The notes beneath the pieces were generated by a model, which saw only the letters and a program-made list of their open reading frames with translations, ran no database searches and was not told the origin of the DNA. Shown here in pieces: positions 10,153 to 20,000 of a DNA stretch of 64,000 nucleotides. Numbering within the stretch: the first letter of the stretch is position 1; each line of letters starts with the position of its first letter. The translations under genes and the position numbers were made by a program. The stretch covers positions 1-64,000 of the forward strand of contig JBCBUK010000015.1 in assembly GCA_039818205.1 (NCBI GenBank), written 5' to 3'. This DNA comes from Verrucomicrobiota bacterium (GTDB taxonomy: Bacteria > Verrucomicrobiota > Verrucomicrobiia > Opitutales > Cerasicoccaceae).

Positions 10153-11076
10153 ATGCCCCAGTTTTTAGCCATTAACTTGTCGGAACGGCCTAGGATTGCC
10201 TGGGCTGGATCGGATACTGTCTCGGAGTTCAAACGGTCGTCATTTCGGCTTAAAGACGTATGGTGTCTCCACTATTACAAGTACTCTGGCCGAATCGTTC
10301 ACAATGGCTCTGAGGAATGTTTTCAGCCCGGAAGTATCGGGATCTGTGAGCCATACGCGAAAATTTCCTATGACGATATCAGCGGCGACAAGGATGAGCA
10401 TCTAGCATTTAACTTTCACTTACGGGAACCCGTAGGAGAGTTTCAGTGGCGCATCCCCTTGATCGTGCAACCGGGTACTGGTGATATCGATGATGCGCTT
10501 AAGCGCTTTGAACGAACGATTCAGTTATATCTTGAGATCCCCATGAGCGAGCCGGTGTCCCTTAAGGCGGAAGTTGAACTATGGGCGCTTCTTCTTGCAT
10601 TCGCAGAAGATTCTGTGATTGAAGCCGAGAACAGTAAGGGGAGGCGTCAAGGTCAGCTACACGTCCGCAAGGCTCTGAAGATAATCGATGCAGAAATTAA
10701 CACTGACATCTATGCCGGGAAGATAGCCGAAGACCTTGGCATTTCGATCTCGCAACTTGGAAGATTGTTCAACGAACATCTTGGTTGTCCAGTGGCGACT
10801 TTTATTCGACGCAAACGTTTGAAGTATGCCTACAACCTGCTTGCCTACTATAACACGCCTATTCGACAGGTTGCTGACTCAATCGGTATGGGTGATCTCG
10901 CCAATTTCAATCGCTTTATTCGACGTGAGTTTGGTCAATCTCCGAAGCAGATTCGGGCCCGTGAGCGCGATGGCCTGAAAGTAATTGATACGGACTCGGA
11001 TCACCCTTTTGCAGTAAGTACATTGAGGTTGCCGAAGCATTTGATCGATGAGGAAAATTCGGAAATGGAACGCTAA
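10153..11076 (+). CDS. AraC family transcriptional regulator
   Basis: C-terminal double HTH (IAEDLGISISQLGRLF...IRQVADSIGMGDLANFNRFIRREFGQSPKQIR); divergent from the GH16-like gene. Confidence 0.9.
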   Translation: MPQFLAINLSERPRIAWAGSDTVSEFKRSSFRLKDVWCLHYYKYSGRIVHNGSEECFQPGSIGICEPYAKISYDDISGDKDEHLAFNFHLREPVGEFQWRIPLIVQPGTGDIDDALKRFERTIQLYLEIPMSEPVSLKAEVELWALLLAFAEDSVIEAENSKGRRQGQLHVRKALKIIDAEINTDIYAGKIAEDLGISISQLGRLFNEHLGCPVATFIRRKRLKYAYNLLAYYNTPIRQVADSIGMGDLANFNRFIRREFGQSPKQIRARERDGLKVIDTDSDHPFAVSTLRLPKHLIDEENSEMER

Positions 11077-11169
11077 TTGTATTCAGTATGGCTCTGCAAA
11101 ATGATCCCGACTATGAGCGGGCATGAGTGGCTGAAGGATGATCGATAATATTGAGTGATGCCATTTTCA

Positions 11170-12264
11170 TCATCTATCGAAGATCCTTAATAGAGTTTGC
11201 TTACAATGGTCCTGGGTGAACTGATGACGGAGTTTTTGATGCCCTCTCATGGCGGTCCTCTCCCAAAGGTCTTTCTCTTGGTGAAGTCTGACTATGAAAT
11301 TGGCGATCGTATTGGTGGTATTGGCAACTAGGATTCCATCTCCTGAATCTAGGTTCAATCCCTCCGAAGCAATATCGGTTCCGACAACTGGGGTCCCTTT
11401 TGCGATACTCTCGAGAACCTTTCCTTTGATTCCTGCACCATAGCGCAAGGGTGCCACTGTTAGGCGTAGCCTCTGGAGGTATGCGGGAAGGTCTTCAATA
11501 TAGCCGACTCGTTTGCAGTTATTCGTACTTGCGATTGATTCCTCATCCAAGGGACCACTTCCGATAATTGATAGGTTTAGGTCTGGCGAAAGTTCCACAC
11601 ATCTCGGCCAGATTTCTTCACACAACCAACGAACGGCGTCAACATTTGGGCCGTGATGGTATGAGCCAATGATACCGACACCTACCCTTGATTCATAGCT
11701 GGGGATTTCGTCGGCCAACTCGTGAATATTGGGTAGCACTAGAATGCTTGCGTTGGGTGCGAGCGACTTTAGGGTCGCGCATTCTTGTTCGCTCACAACT
11801 AAGGTAACATCGGCCTGATTTGCTCGATCAACTTCAGTCTTCTTTGTGGCTATTGCTTTTAAGAGGAGCTTCTGTTTTCCGGTTAACTTAGCTTCCCGAA
11901 ACTCCCGAACATGCCCCAGATCAACCGTATCAAATATATGTTTCGCATCAGCCCGCAGACGCTTGATGAAATCTATGGCGATATTTGCACCTAGGAAGCT
12001 ATCATACCAATAATATTCAAACTGATTGTTAGATACATAGCTTTCCCAATTGGTAGGGTTGGGCACGATGATACCTTGGCTTGCCCAGAACGCGTTTCGA
12101 TCAGAAAGGGTATCTTCGTCAATCGTCTTAAACTTGCGGTGGAGTGGAAGTAGGGTGACTTCGACTCCAAGATCCATGATCAAACGAGTAATCTTCAACA
12201 ATCGGTAAGCTGCGCCCTCGCGTCTTGGATCTGGGATCAGAGGCGTTATGATCAACAGGCGCAT
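11170..12264 (-). CDS. GT4-type (GT-B) glycosyltransferase
   Basis: DTVDLGHVRE, PNVDAV.W, VAPLRYGAGIKGKVLESIAKGTPVV. Confidence 0.9.
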   Translation of the reverse strand: MRLLIITPLIPDPRREGAAYRLLKITRLIMDLGVEVTLLPLHRKFKTIDEDTLSDRNAFWASQGIIVPNPTNWESYVSNNQFEYYWYDSFLGANIAIDFIKRLRADAKHIFDTVDLGHVREFREAKLTGKQKLLLKAIATKKTEVDRANQADVTLVVSEQECATLKSLAPNASILVLPNIHELADEIPSYESRVGVGIIGSYHHGPNVDAVRWLCEEIWPRCVELSPDLNLSIIGSGPLDEESIASTNNCKRVGYIEDLPAYLQRLRLTVAPLRYGAGIKGKVLESIAKGTPVVGTDIASEGLNLDSGDGILVANTTNTIANFIVRLHQEKDLWERTAMRGHQKLRHQFTQDHCKQTLLRIFDR

Positions 12265-13406
12265 TAGGTCGTACTCTTGGCGATTTGTAGGCGGCGCCTG
12301 AGTCGCGATGTAAGGTTGTCGAAAAGGGATTCATGGTCTTCGATGGAGAAGTGGTAGCGTAGGTAGTGCGGGATGTTCTGGATCCTTATAGAAATTGGAT
12401 CACGTGCTGAGGTTGAGCAATAGGTTGACAAGCTAGCCTTCATATAGGGCAAGATCCCCGAGTTGCGCTTTAGCGGGGTGAATTCGTCAGCTAGCTCGTT
12501 GAGTTCACCCGGGTATTCTTCGGCATACGGAAGGTCGATTTCTGGCCGAAGTGCCTTCAGGAATCTAAATGCGGGACCAAGTTTTTGGCGAAAGTTATCC
12601 CGTGGGCAAAGTGACTCAAATAGTTGCCAGTTTATGTTATCGGTACTGTCAAGAATCTCGATCGCATCTGCAACCCAGCGAATGGGTGGAGTTGGGTTTG
12701 GTTCCAAACCGTGGATTAGAACCATTGCTAGATCGATCTCGGGGCTTGGGGTGCTAACCGATAAATCTCTGAATGAAACTTTTCGAACTGAGTTCCATAC
12801 CATTGGAAGATCCTTACGTATATGGCCTGGCAGGCATCTCCAATGGAGATCGATTTCAAAAGAGTCCTCGTCTTCCCATCCCTGGCTAGATCGGACATGA
12901 CGATAGGATTCGGTTACCTTGATCTGAGGTCGGAAATTTCGTGCCTCCAAAATCTCACAAGTTCGATTGTATTCGTCGAACGGTACCGAGATGTCCCAAT
13001 CATTCATTGGCCGCAAACCGATGTCTCGATAGTAGTTAACCAGTAGGGAAACTCCTTTGACGAGTATCACCGGTATCTGTGCATCGCTAAGAGCGCGAAC
13101 AACCCCGTTCAGTCGATGTATCGTTAGATTGTTTCGATAAACCGTGTAACGATACTTGCTTTTCAGGCGTGTAAACTCGGGAATGTCGATGCCGTCCGCT
13201 TTCACGCGACGATATAGAAGCGGAAGCAGCCGCAACATGCCGGCGTCGGCGGTATCAATCTCGCAATGTTCCCGCCATCGTCCTAGAGCATCCTGATTGT
13301 CGTCCAAATAGATTGCCTGCAACAAATCCCAATGAGTTTCCTTTGGCCAATAGCCGTAGGGATTCTCCCAGGTTGCTGGGGCATCGGAATTGACTAGCGG
13401 TTTCAT
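12264..13406 (-). CDS. Nucleotidyltransferase family protein (NTP_transf_5-like)
   Basis: VKGVSL...YYRDIGLRPMNDWDISVP, EIDLHW, RWVAD motifs. Confidence 0.85.
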   Translation of the reverse strand: MKPLVNSDAPATWENPYGYWPKETHWDLLQAIYLDDNQDALGRWREHCEIDTADAGMLRLLPLLYRRVKADGIDIPEFTRLKSKYRYTVYRNNLTIHRLNGVVRALSDAQIPVILVKGVSLLVNYYRDIGLRPMNDWDISVPFDEYNRTCEILEARNFRPQIKVTESYRHVRSSQGWEDEDSFEIDLHWRCLPGHIRKDLPMVWNSVRKVSFRDLSVSTPSPEIDLAMVLIHGLEPNPTPPIRWVADAIEILDSTDNINWQLFESLCPRDNFRQKLGPAFRFLKALRPEIDLPYAEEYPGELNELADEFTPLKRNSGILPYMKASLSTYCSTSARDPISIRIQNIPHYLRYHFSIEDHESLFDNLTSRLRRRLQIAKSTT

Positions 13407-14095
13407 GGATTCTTTGAGCGCCTTCGCTTGATCGATTCAAGAAGGATCTTGGCCATGTCCTGCCGTTCACTGGAGTCCTTCCGACTCATGTTGGTGCTGT
13501 GTATTCTACGTTTCGCGAGAACTTCGGGTAGCATGATTTCTTTTACGTTGAGCTCTTTTGCGCGTGCATACCAATCAATGAATTCACCGACCCGCCATCT
13601 GCTGTCGAATTGCCCGACTCTTTCGAAGACTGAGCGGTGGGCAAGGAGTGTCGATTTAAATGGAGCAGGCAAAATTTTCTTATCGATCGGAATTCTTGCT
13701 TGGTCCTCGGGGCTGAGGTCAGGGCTGATGAACTGCTCGATATGGCTAAAGATGCAGGTGTTCTCTTGGTCGTCTTCCATCTGCTCAAGAGATTGCCACT
13801 GACGTTCAATTTTTTCTGGAAGCCAAAGATCATCGGCATCCACAAACCCGAGCCATTCGCATACCGCATTGGAAATGCCGCGATTGAGGCTTTCGGCAAG
13901 ACCTAGGTTGTGTTCGTTGTTGAGAATGCGTGCACCGGACAGGCGAGCTATTTCTTCGGTGCGATCTGTCGATCCATCGTTCACGACAATAACTTCCTGT
14001 GGGCGCATCGTTTGCGCCGCGACGCTTGCGAGCGTTTCTGGTAGATAGCGCTCGGCCTGATAGGATGGAATAATGACAGATATTGGTGCTAGCAT
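13403..14095 (-). CDS. GT2 family glycosyltransferase
   Basis: ISVIIPSY, VVNDGSTD, FVDADDLW. Confidence 0.92.
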   Translation of the reverse strand: MLAPISVIIPSYQAERYLPETLASVAAQTMRPQEVIVVNDGSTDRTEEIARLSGARILNNEHNLGLAESLNRGISNAVCEWLGFVDADDLWLPEKIERQWQSLEQMEDDQENTCIFSHIEQFISPDLSPEDQARIPIDKKILPAPFKSTLLAHRSVFERVGQFDSRWRVGEFIDWYARAKELNVKEIMLPEVLAKRRIHSTNMSRKDSSERQDMAKILLESIKRRRSKNP

Positions 14096-14097
14096 TG

Positions 14098-14778
14098 CTA
14101 CTGCTCATTCCTTTTTCTGCGGATCGATGTACGCATGGTTTGCATAATGACCTTTCTGAGTCGTTCATTATCTTGAACGGCATTTCCGCTATGAATTCGC
14201 CGAAGGACCAAGGGCTCTTCGACGATATATGATTTCAACTTGAGATCTATTGCTCGCGTAAACCACTCGAAGTCTGCACCCATCTTAAGTTCCGGCTGGA
14301 AGGTACCAACTTTTTCAAATGTTTTCCTTGGCGCGAAGAGAGCGCTTGGAAAAAAGCTCCCAACAGACTCAGTTTTCTCAGCGAGTGCCCAGTCAGCCTG
14401 TTGAAAACCTTCTTCGGCTTGAACTTTTATACGGCAAAAAACATAATCGAGTTCGGGGTATGTGATAGCGGCATTCAACTGTTGCTGAATTTTTGTTGGA
14501 AACCAACAGTCGTCGTCATCCAGATATGCAATGTAGTCACCCGTTGCTTCTTGCAGAATCCGGTTTCGAGCAGCTCCTTCGCCCAGGTTGTCCTGAGTCA
14601 CCAATTTCACCTGATGAAACTGACTGGCAATTTTGGCCGTCAGGTCTGTTGATCCGTCATCAACAACAATGATTTCGATATTCTGGTAGGACTGATCAAG
14701 AATGCTCTGTATCGCTTCGCGAATAAACTTTTCGCCGTTGAAAGAGACTATGCCAGCGGTGACCAATGGTTCGTTCAT
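14098..14778 (-). CDS. GT2 family glycosyltransferase
   Basis: VVDDGSTD, GAARN, YLDDDDCW. Confidence 0.92.
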   Translation of the reverse strand: MNEPLVTAGIVSFNGEKFIREAIQSILDQSYQNIEIIVVDDGSTDLTAKIASQFHQVKLVTQDNLGEGAARNRILQEATGDYIAYLDDDDCWFPTKIQQQLNAAITYPELDYVFCRIKVQAEEGFQQADWALAEKTESVGSFFPSALFAPRKTFEKVGTFQPELKMGADFEWFTRAIDLKLKSYIVEEPLVLRRIHSGNAVQDNERLRKVIMQTMRTSIRRKRNEQ

Positions 14779-15860
14779 GGCTCAAGGTCAGTTAGGAAAT
14801 TAGCAAGATAGACCGCGTTTTCTTTTAGATTGGGTCCGACGTGAAAGCAGAAGCAAGGCATCGAATTAACGACATCTCTTAACCGTGCAAAGAGGGCCTC
14901 TCGATTGACAGGTATCTGAAACAGGGTGCTCGGTGCTAATGCCTTTAACATCGCAATCTTTCGCATCGGTTCGATGCGTGGGCCGGTTGGGCTGATCGAT
15001 GGGTGGATAATTGCTCTTAGTGGACGTTCGCGCGCAATCTGATCTCGAAAGTTTTCGAGGTAGACAACTCGTTTGTCCTCATCATCGGAAACGCCTAGCG
15101 TATAGGAATCGCTCTGCTCAAGGCCTAGCTCTTCGACGCGGTTCGCTGATACCTTTGCAGTGGTTGACAATGCATGAATCTTGGGATTCTTCCCGGGTTC
15201 TACAATTACGTAATCATCGCCGAGGTAGTCCAAACCATGTGCCAGCGCGGAAAGTGAAGTCGTCGATTTGCCACTGCCCGACTTGCCGACAATGAGTACT
15301 GCCCCGGATTGATTTCCAACAGCACCCGCGTGAACTAGCATCCCGGGATAACGATCGCCTAGCCATGCGATGGGATATCGCAAAGGGAAGCTGGACTCCC
15401 AATGAGGAACCGCATTGGCATCCTTGGTCCAGGACATGCCCCATTTTGCCTCGAGATCGAGCAGGAAGAGCGATCTTGATCCCGTTTGCCATACGGCTCT
15501 CCGATGCTCCGAATCAAGGCCGGAAAGTACTCCCTGTGCCTCAAAGCCGAAACTCTGCCATGGAATCGTTGGTATCTGATAGCCCGATGTGTCTTCGTCG
15601 AGGAAGTAGAATTTGAAATCAGGTGGGGGGGCTACATCGGTTGAAAGGTACTGCCAGGAGCGGCCCATGCGATTTGCCAGCGTATGGGATCCAAATGCAA
15701 CGTCAATTGCTGGTAGCGCACTTCCAAAAGCACAAGACCGCCGCTCCTGTATGGGGAAGCCTGAAAGCGATTCTCGAATACACTCAAAGTATTCGGAGCC
15801 TGACTTTGCCTGAGGCATCGCGACCGCGCCTAGTTGCTGCCATCTTGCCGATGCGGCCAT
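14775..15860 (-). CDS. HPr-kinase-related P-loop kinase (real start possibly 15818)
   Basis: HAGAV...GKSGSGKSTT...YLGDDYVIV HPrK/PEPCK-type signature. Confidence 0.85.
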   Translation of the reverse strand: MAASARWQQLGAVAMPQAKSGSEYFECIRESLSGFPIQERRSCAFGSALPAIDVAFGSHTLANRMGRSWQYLSTDVAPPPDFKFYFLDEDTSGYQIPTIPWQSFGFEAQGVLSGLDSEHRRAVWQTGSRSLFLLDLEAKWGMSWTKDANAVPHWESSFPLRYPIAWLGDRYPGMLVHAGAVGNQSGAVLIVGKSGSGKSTTSLSALAHGLDYLGDDYVIVEPGKNPKIHALSTTAKVSANRVEELGLEQSDSYTLGVSDDEDKRVVYLENFRDQIARERPLRAIIHPSISPTGPRIEPMRKIAMLKALAPSTLFQIPVNREALFARLRDVVNSMPCFCFHVGPNLKENAVYLANFLTDLEP

Positions 15861-16261
15861 CCTGATTCCTCAACCTCATGTATTGGATCAAGCATCAGCA
15901 ACTCTTGCATGTCCGTGTAGCATTCCAGAGCAAAGTTTTCGCCAGAGCTTGGTAATTCGCCACGAAGTTCGATCCCGTTGTCTGATGGCGCCTCTGGAGA
16001 TCGAACCAGTAGTTCGACCTGAAGCAGGCGCTCGACTAGCTGATTTGCATGGGTACCGATATCGAAACCGACAAACGACAACGCGAGTTGGCCAACCACT
16101 GTTTCCAGCGAAACTCCCGCAATCAAGTTGTTCCATAGGTATGCTCCAGCTCCATCTAGGCTGTAGTAGGAACCATTGTTTATGTTAATAATGACTACCT
16201 CGCCGTCTATAGACTCTGTTACTATGTCGTTGCTTTGCTTCTGGTAATAGGTGTTCTCCAT
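15830..16261 (-). CDS. PqqD family / RiPP recognition element (RRE) protein with C-terminal peptide extension
   Basis: ESIDGEVVIINI.NGSYYSLDGAGAYLWN.L...LVERL..VELL RRE pattern, then tail LECYTDMQELLMLDPIHEVEESGWP. Confidence 0.85.
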   Translation of the reverse strand: MENTYYQKQSNDIVTESIDGEVVIININNGSYYSLDGAGAYLWNNLIAGVSLETVVGQLALSFVGFDIGTHANQLVERLLQVELLVRSPEAPSDNGIELRGELPSSGENFALECYTDMQELLMLDPIHEVEESGWPHRQDGSN

Positions 16262-16414
16262 ACAATAGTGGTCGGTTGTGCAGGTCTCGATGCAGCATGC
16301 AAATGCTCGATCAGAAGTCTACCCAAATCCTTCTGTGCGGCTTTCTGTTGTTAGTATTTTCCAATGTTGATGGGCATTTGAATCGATTAATCAGAGTGTC
16401 TCATTTTGCGGTTG

Positions 16415-16783
16415 TCACCAACCCTGATACGCTAGAAATATCCGGTAGACCTCGTGCTGCTTTCCGTCGTGTTGGTTGATGGTCGTATAGTCTGCCTCCT
16501 CGTATGCTCTCATCAATGAGAAGCTGTTTTGCAGAAACTGTGCCAATGAATCTGCGGAAATTCGGAAATAGTTGGCGGCTTCAGCAATGCCCAATAAAAA
16601 CGGCAGGAATCCCGTTTTTAAGGCAAGTACAGGACCGTGTATCCACATCCCAGAAGAAAAGCCATAGGCACCGATAGGCCGTTCCCCAATCCAATACCCA
16701 GGCTTGGCAAATGCCGGGTATAGCGGCGGAAATTCGATCGTTGGTCCGATTGGCGCGCGCATTGGTAAAGAGAGCTCGTGCAC
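16415..16783 (-). pseudogene. Possible remnant of a membrane protein
   Basis: PTIEFPPLYP resembles a motif near the start of membrane GT-C-like proteins; the rest is uninformative. Confidence 0.2.
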
Positions 16784-17078
16784 CTAAGAATTTTCTTTCA
16801 TGGAAAGTGTTCAAATTTTTTATTGTAAAAACATTATACTTTGTAGAGTTTCATACCACTGCCTCTTCTGAGGCGCTCGCCCCCTAGTAAACAGTCGTTT
16901 ACCCCCAATATACGACCCCTGCCGCAAGGCAAAACTCAAACAGCTATATTTCAAAACTGATGTGCAGTGTTTTGCGTATCGGTGTTGAGTTTGGCACTCG
17001 TATATTAACTCCCCTAAGCACGTGCTTTGGCTACTCCGCTACCACGCGAGGCTGCCGCTGTATGTTGCATACCCTCAG

Positions 17079-20000
17079 ATGAAAATATCTCTCAATTGCT
17101 ATCTCATAGCATCGCTCATGCTATTTGCTGGAAACCTGTTACGCGCTGACTTCTTTAGCGATCTCAAGACTGGCCAGGTCGAATCCACCCCTTTGGTTGA
17201 GTGGCAACATTTCGGACCTGGTATGTCAGGTTACATCGATATGTTTTGGATTCACGATACGGATCCTAATGCCATGTTCGACTCCCTCGATATGGGAAAC
17301 TCCCAAGGTACATGGGATGGTGGTCAGACCTGGGAATCGATCAAACCGTACGATGACGAGGACACGGTCCTGGACGCGATAACCTATGTGGAGTTCTCTC
17401 ACCAGAATCCGAACTTCGGTCTGCTACTGGATAAGAGTGGTATCTATTCGACCAATGACCGCGGTCGTACATGGAGTTTTCTTGTCGATGCAGATACCAC
17501 GAATTCGGAGAAGCACAACGTAATGACAGTTGACCCGAATAATGACAATATCTGGTATATCGGCGCGGGCCAGGGCTGGCAGATCAAACACACGCACCAC
17601 ACCAAGAATGGTATGGTGGTGAGCAGTGATCGTAACCATTCGGAAGGCTATATCTTGAAGTCGACCAATAAAGGGCAGTCCTGGACTAAGATCTCATCCC
17701 CGTTTCCGGCTGACGCTGATTTTAGTAATATCATTGTGAATCCCGGCAATTCAAATCACGTCTATGCTTCGTGCCAGTATGGCGTCTACCGTAGTACGAA
17801 TAAGGGCAACAGTTGGTCAAAGGTTGCTGGCACTGGGTTGCCGAACCACCGCCCGCGAGACATGGATTTCTACTACAACGCGACAACCGGTGAGTTCCTC
17901 CTCTACATTGTCGAGGTGACGCATTATCAGCCAGCAGGTAGCTCGATTAGCACCAGCGGTGGGGTATATCGAAGTTCAGATGGAGGAGCAAATTGGACCA
18001 ACCTTACTGGTAATCTTGGAATCGATCTAAACAAGGTTAATTCCTGGGGATATAGAAACCATTACTATCGTGCGATCGCCCACTACCTGCAGATCAGCCA
18101 ATCGGCGGCAGAGTCAAATTATCCCAACTTGCCAACGGATACTTTCAGCCAATTCAGTGGCATCGAGGTAGATCCGAACAACAAAAACCGCATCTACCTC
18201 GTGCATAATACCAAGCACGACTACGCGTTCCCGCCCGGCAATATCTGGATGACTTCCAACGGTGGCACTAGCTGGATCGCAGCTGCTCGCGAAGGGCCCT
18301 ACTGGGGCAATGAAACCGATAAGGCCTATTGGCAAAGCCGGGGAAACCCATTGGGCATCAATACGGTATTCGCCCATGTTGAGCGTGAACACAACGGAAC
18401 GACGGACAATGTTCGGACGGGGCCGCGTTTCCTTGCGATCAATAGTAACAGTGAAGTCTATACGGCATTTGCCCAGCAAGTAATGAAATCATCGGACAAC
18501 GGCGCGACCTGGGTCCAAGTTGACGATGACGAAACTTCGCCTGGTAGCGGTCACTGGGTTGGGCGGGGCAACAGCAACCTGCCTGGTGAAACGCTCAATC
18601 TGGATACTGGAACGCCAGGTATCTATTTGTTTGGTAGTGGTGAGCACGGTCTCTGGCGCACGACGAATGATGGCGGGTTAGTCTACCCAGGAGCGATCGC
18701 AGTCGAGCAGCTTGCTGGCCAAAGCACATCGAATATCGATGCGTTGTCGATCAGCACGATCGCAGTCCACCCTACGAATAAGAATCGAATCTATACCTTG
18801 CAGTTTCGCCAGACTCAGCGGGGTAGTTTGAGATACTCGCCGGATGGTGGCGCTAGTTGGCAGACCTTGTCGACTCCGGTCAATTTTCCAGCCGCAAATG
18901 ATGTGATTAAACAGCGCTCGCTGCTCATTGATCCATCAAATCCAAGTATCATGTATTTCTGCGTTCCAATCTCGGAGATCGCCTATTGGTCGTCAACCCA
19001 GTGGGTCGCAAATGCACCCAGCTCATTCAATGCCTTTGGCGTCTACAAATCGACAAATGGAGGTGCTTCGTGGAGCCGCGTGAATAGTGGCCTGCCGTCG
19101 AACAAGAGCGTTTATCGTTTGACGATGGATCCAAGCAATCCGCAGGTTCTCTATGCGGCATCGAACCAAACACATACCTTGGTTGATGGTGGTCTTTTTC
19201 GGAGTAATAATCGCGGCGCCTCCTGGAGCTCGGTGAACTTGCCTGCTGGCGTAAGATCTGTTCAGGAAGTCCACATCGAGGATGCAACGGGTAAAATCTA
19301 CATTGCTACCGGAACGTATTCTTCCGACGGCTCAACGGGAGGAGTTTGGGTGAGTAACAACGGCGGAAATAGTTGGTCGTTGTTGTTTGATATGCCGCAT
19401 GTTCGTCACATCGATGTATCAGCCGTTGATCCGAACGTGATGGTCGTGAATGTTGGGCCGGAGCGGTCGATTGGGCGTCGAAATCCAGGTTTGTACGTCT
19501 CCGTCGATGGCGGTGTCAGCTGGTCGAAAATAAATCGAAAAATCGGGCAGAAAGGCCGGATAACCAACGTTCAAACGGATCCGTATAATGCAGATGTCAT
19601 TTGGTGCAGCGTGCTGGGGACCGGGTTCTTTCGTGCCGATATATCGAAGCTTCGCAATGAGAGTCCAGCGTTGGCCTATCGCTATTACCATGGAACCTGG
19701 AATAGTCTCCCGGACTTCGATCTGCTTACTCCGGAGAAGGTGGGTAGCGTCAGCAACTTTGACCTGGCTCCGCGGACCCAGAACGACAACTTCGGATTTG
19801 TATTCGAAGGGAAGATCGACGTTCCTGCCACGGGAAGTTGGACCTTCTATACCACCTCAGATGACGGCAGCCAGTTGTTTATCAATGGAACACGGGTGGT
19901 TAACAACGATGGGCTCCATGGTGCACGTGAACGCTCGGGGTCAATTAGTCTAAATGCCGGTGTGCATGATATCAAAGTAACCTACTTTGAGAAGGGGGGC

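Noticed and set aside
16262..16414. Search for a RiPP precursor upstream of the RRE gene
   Set aside because: Only very short minus-strand ORFs, none with a leader motif
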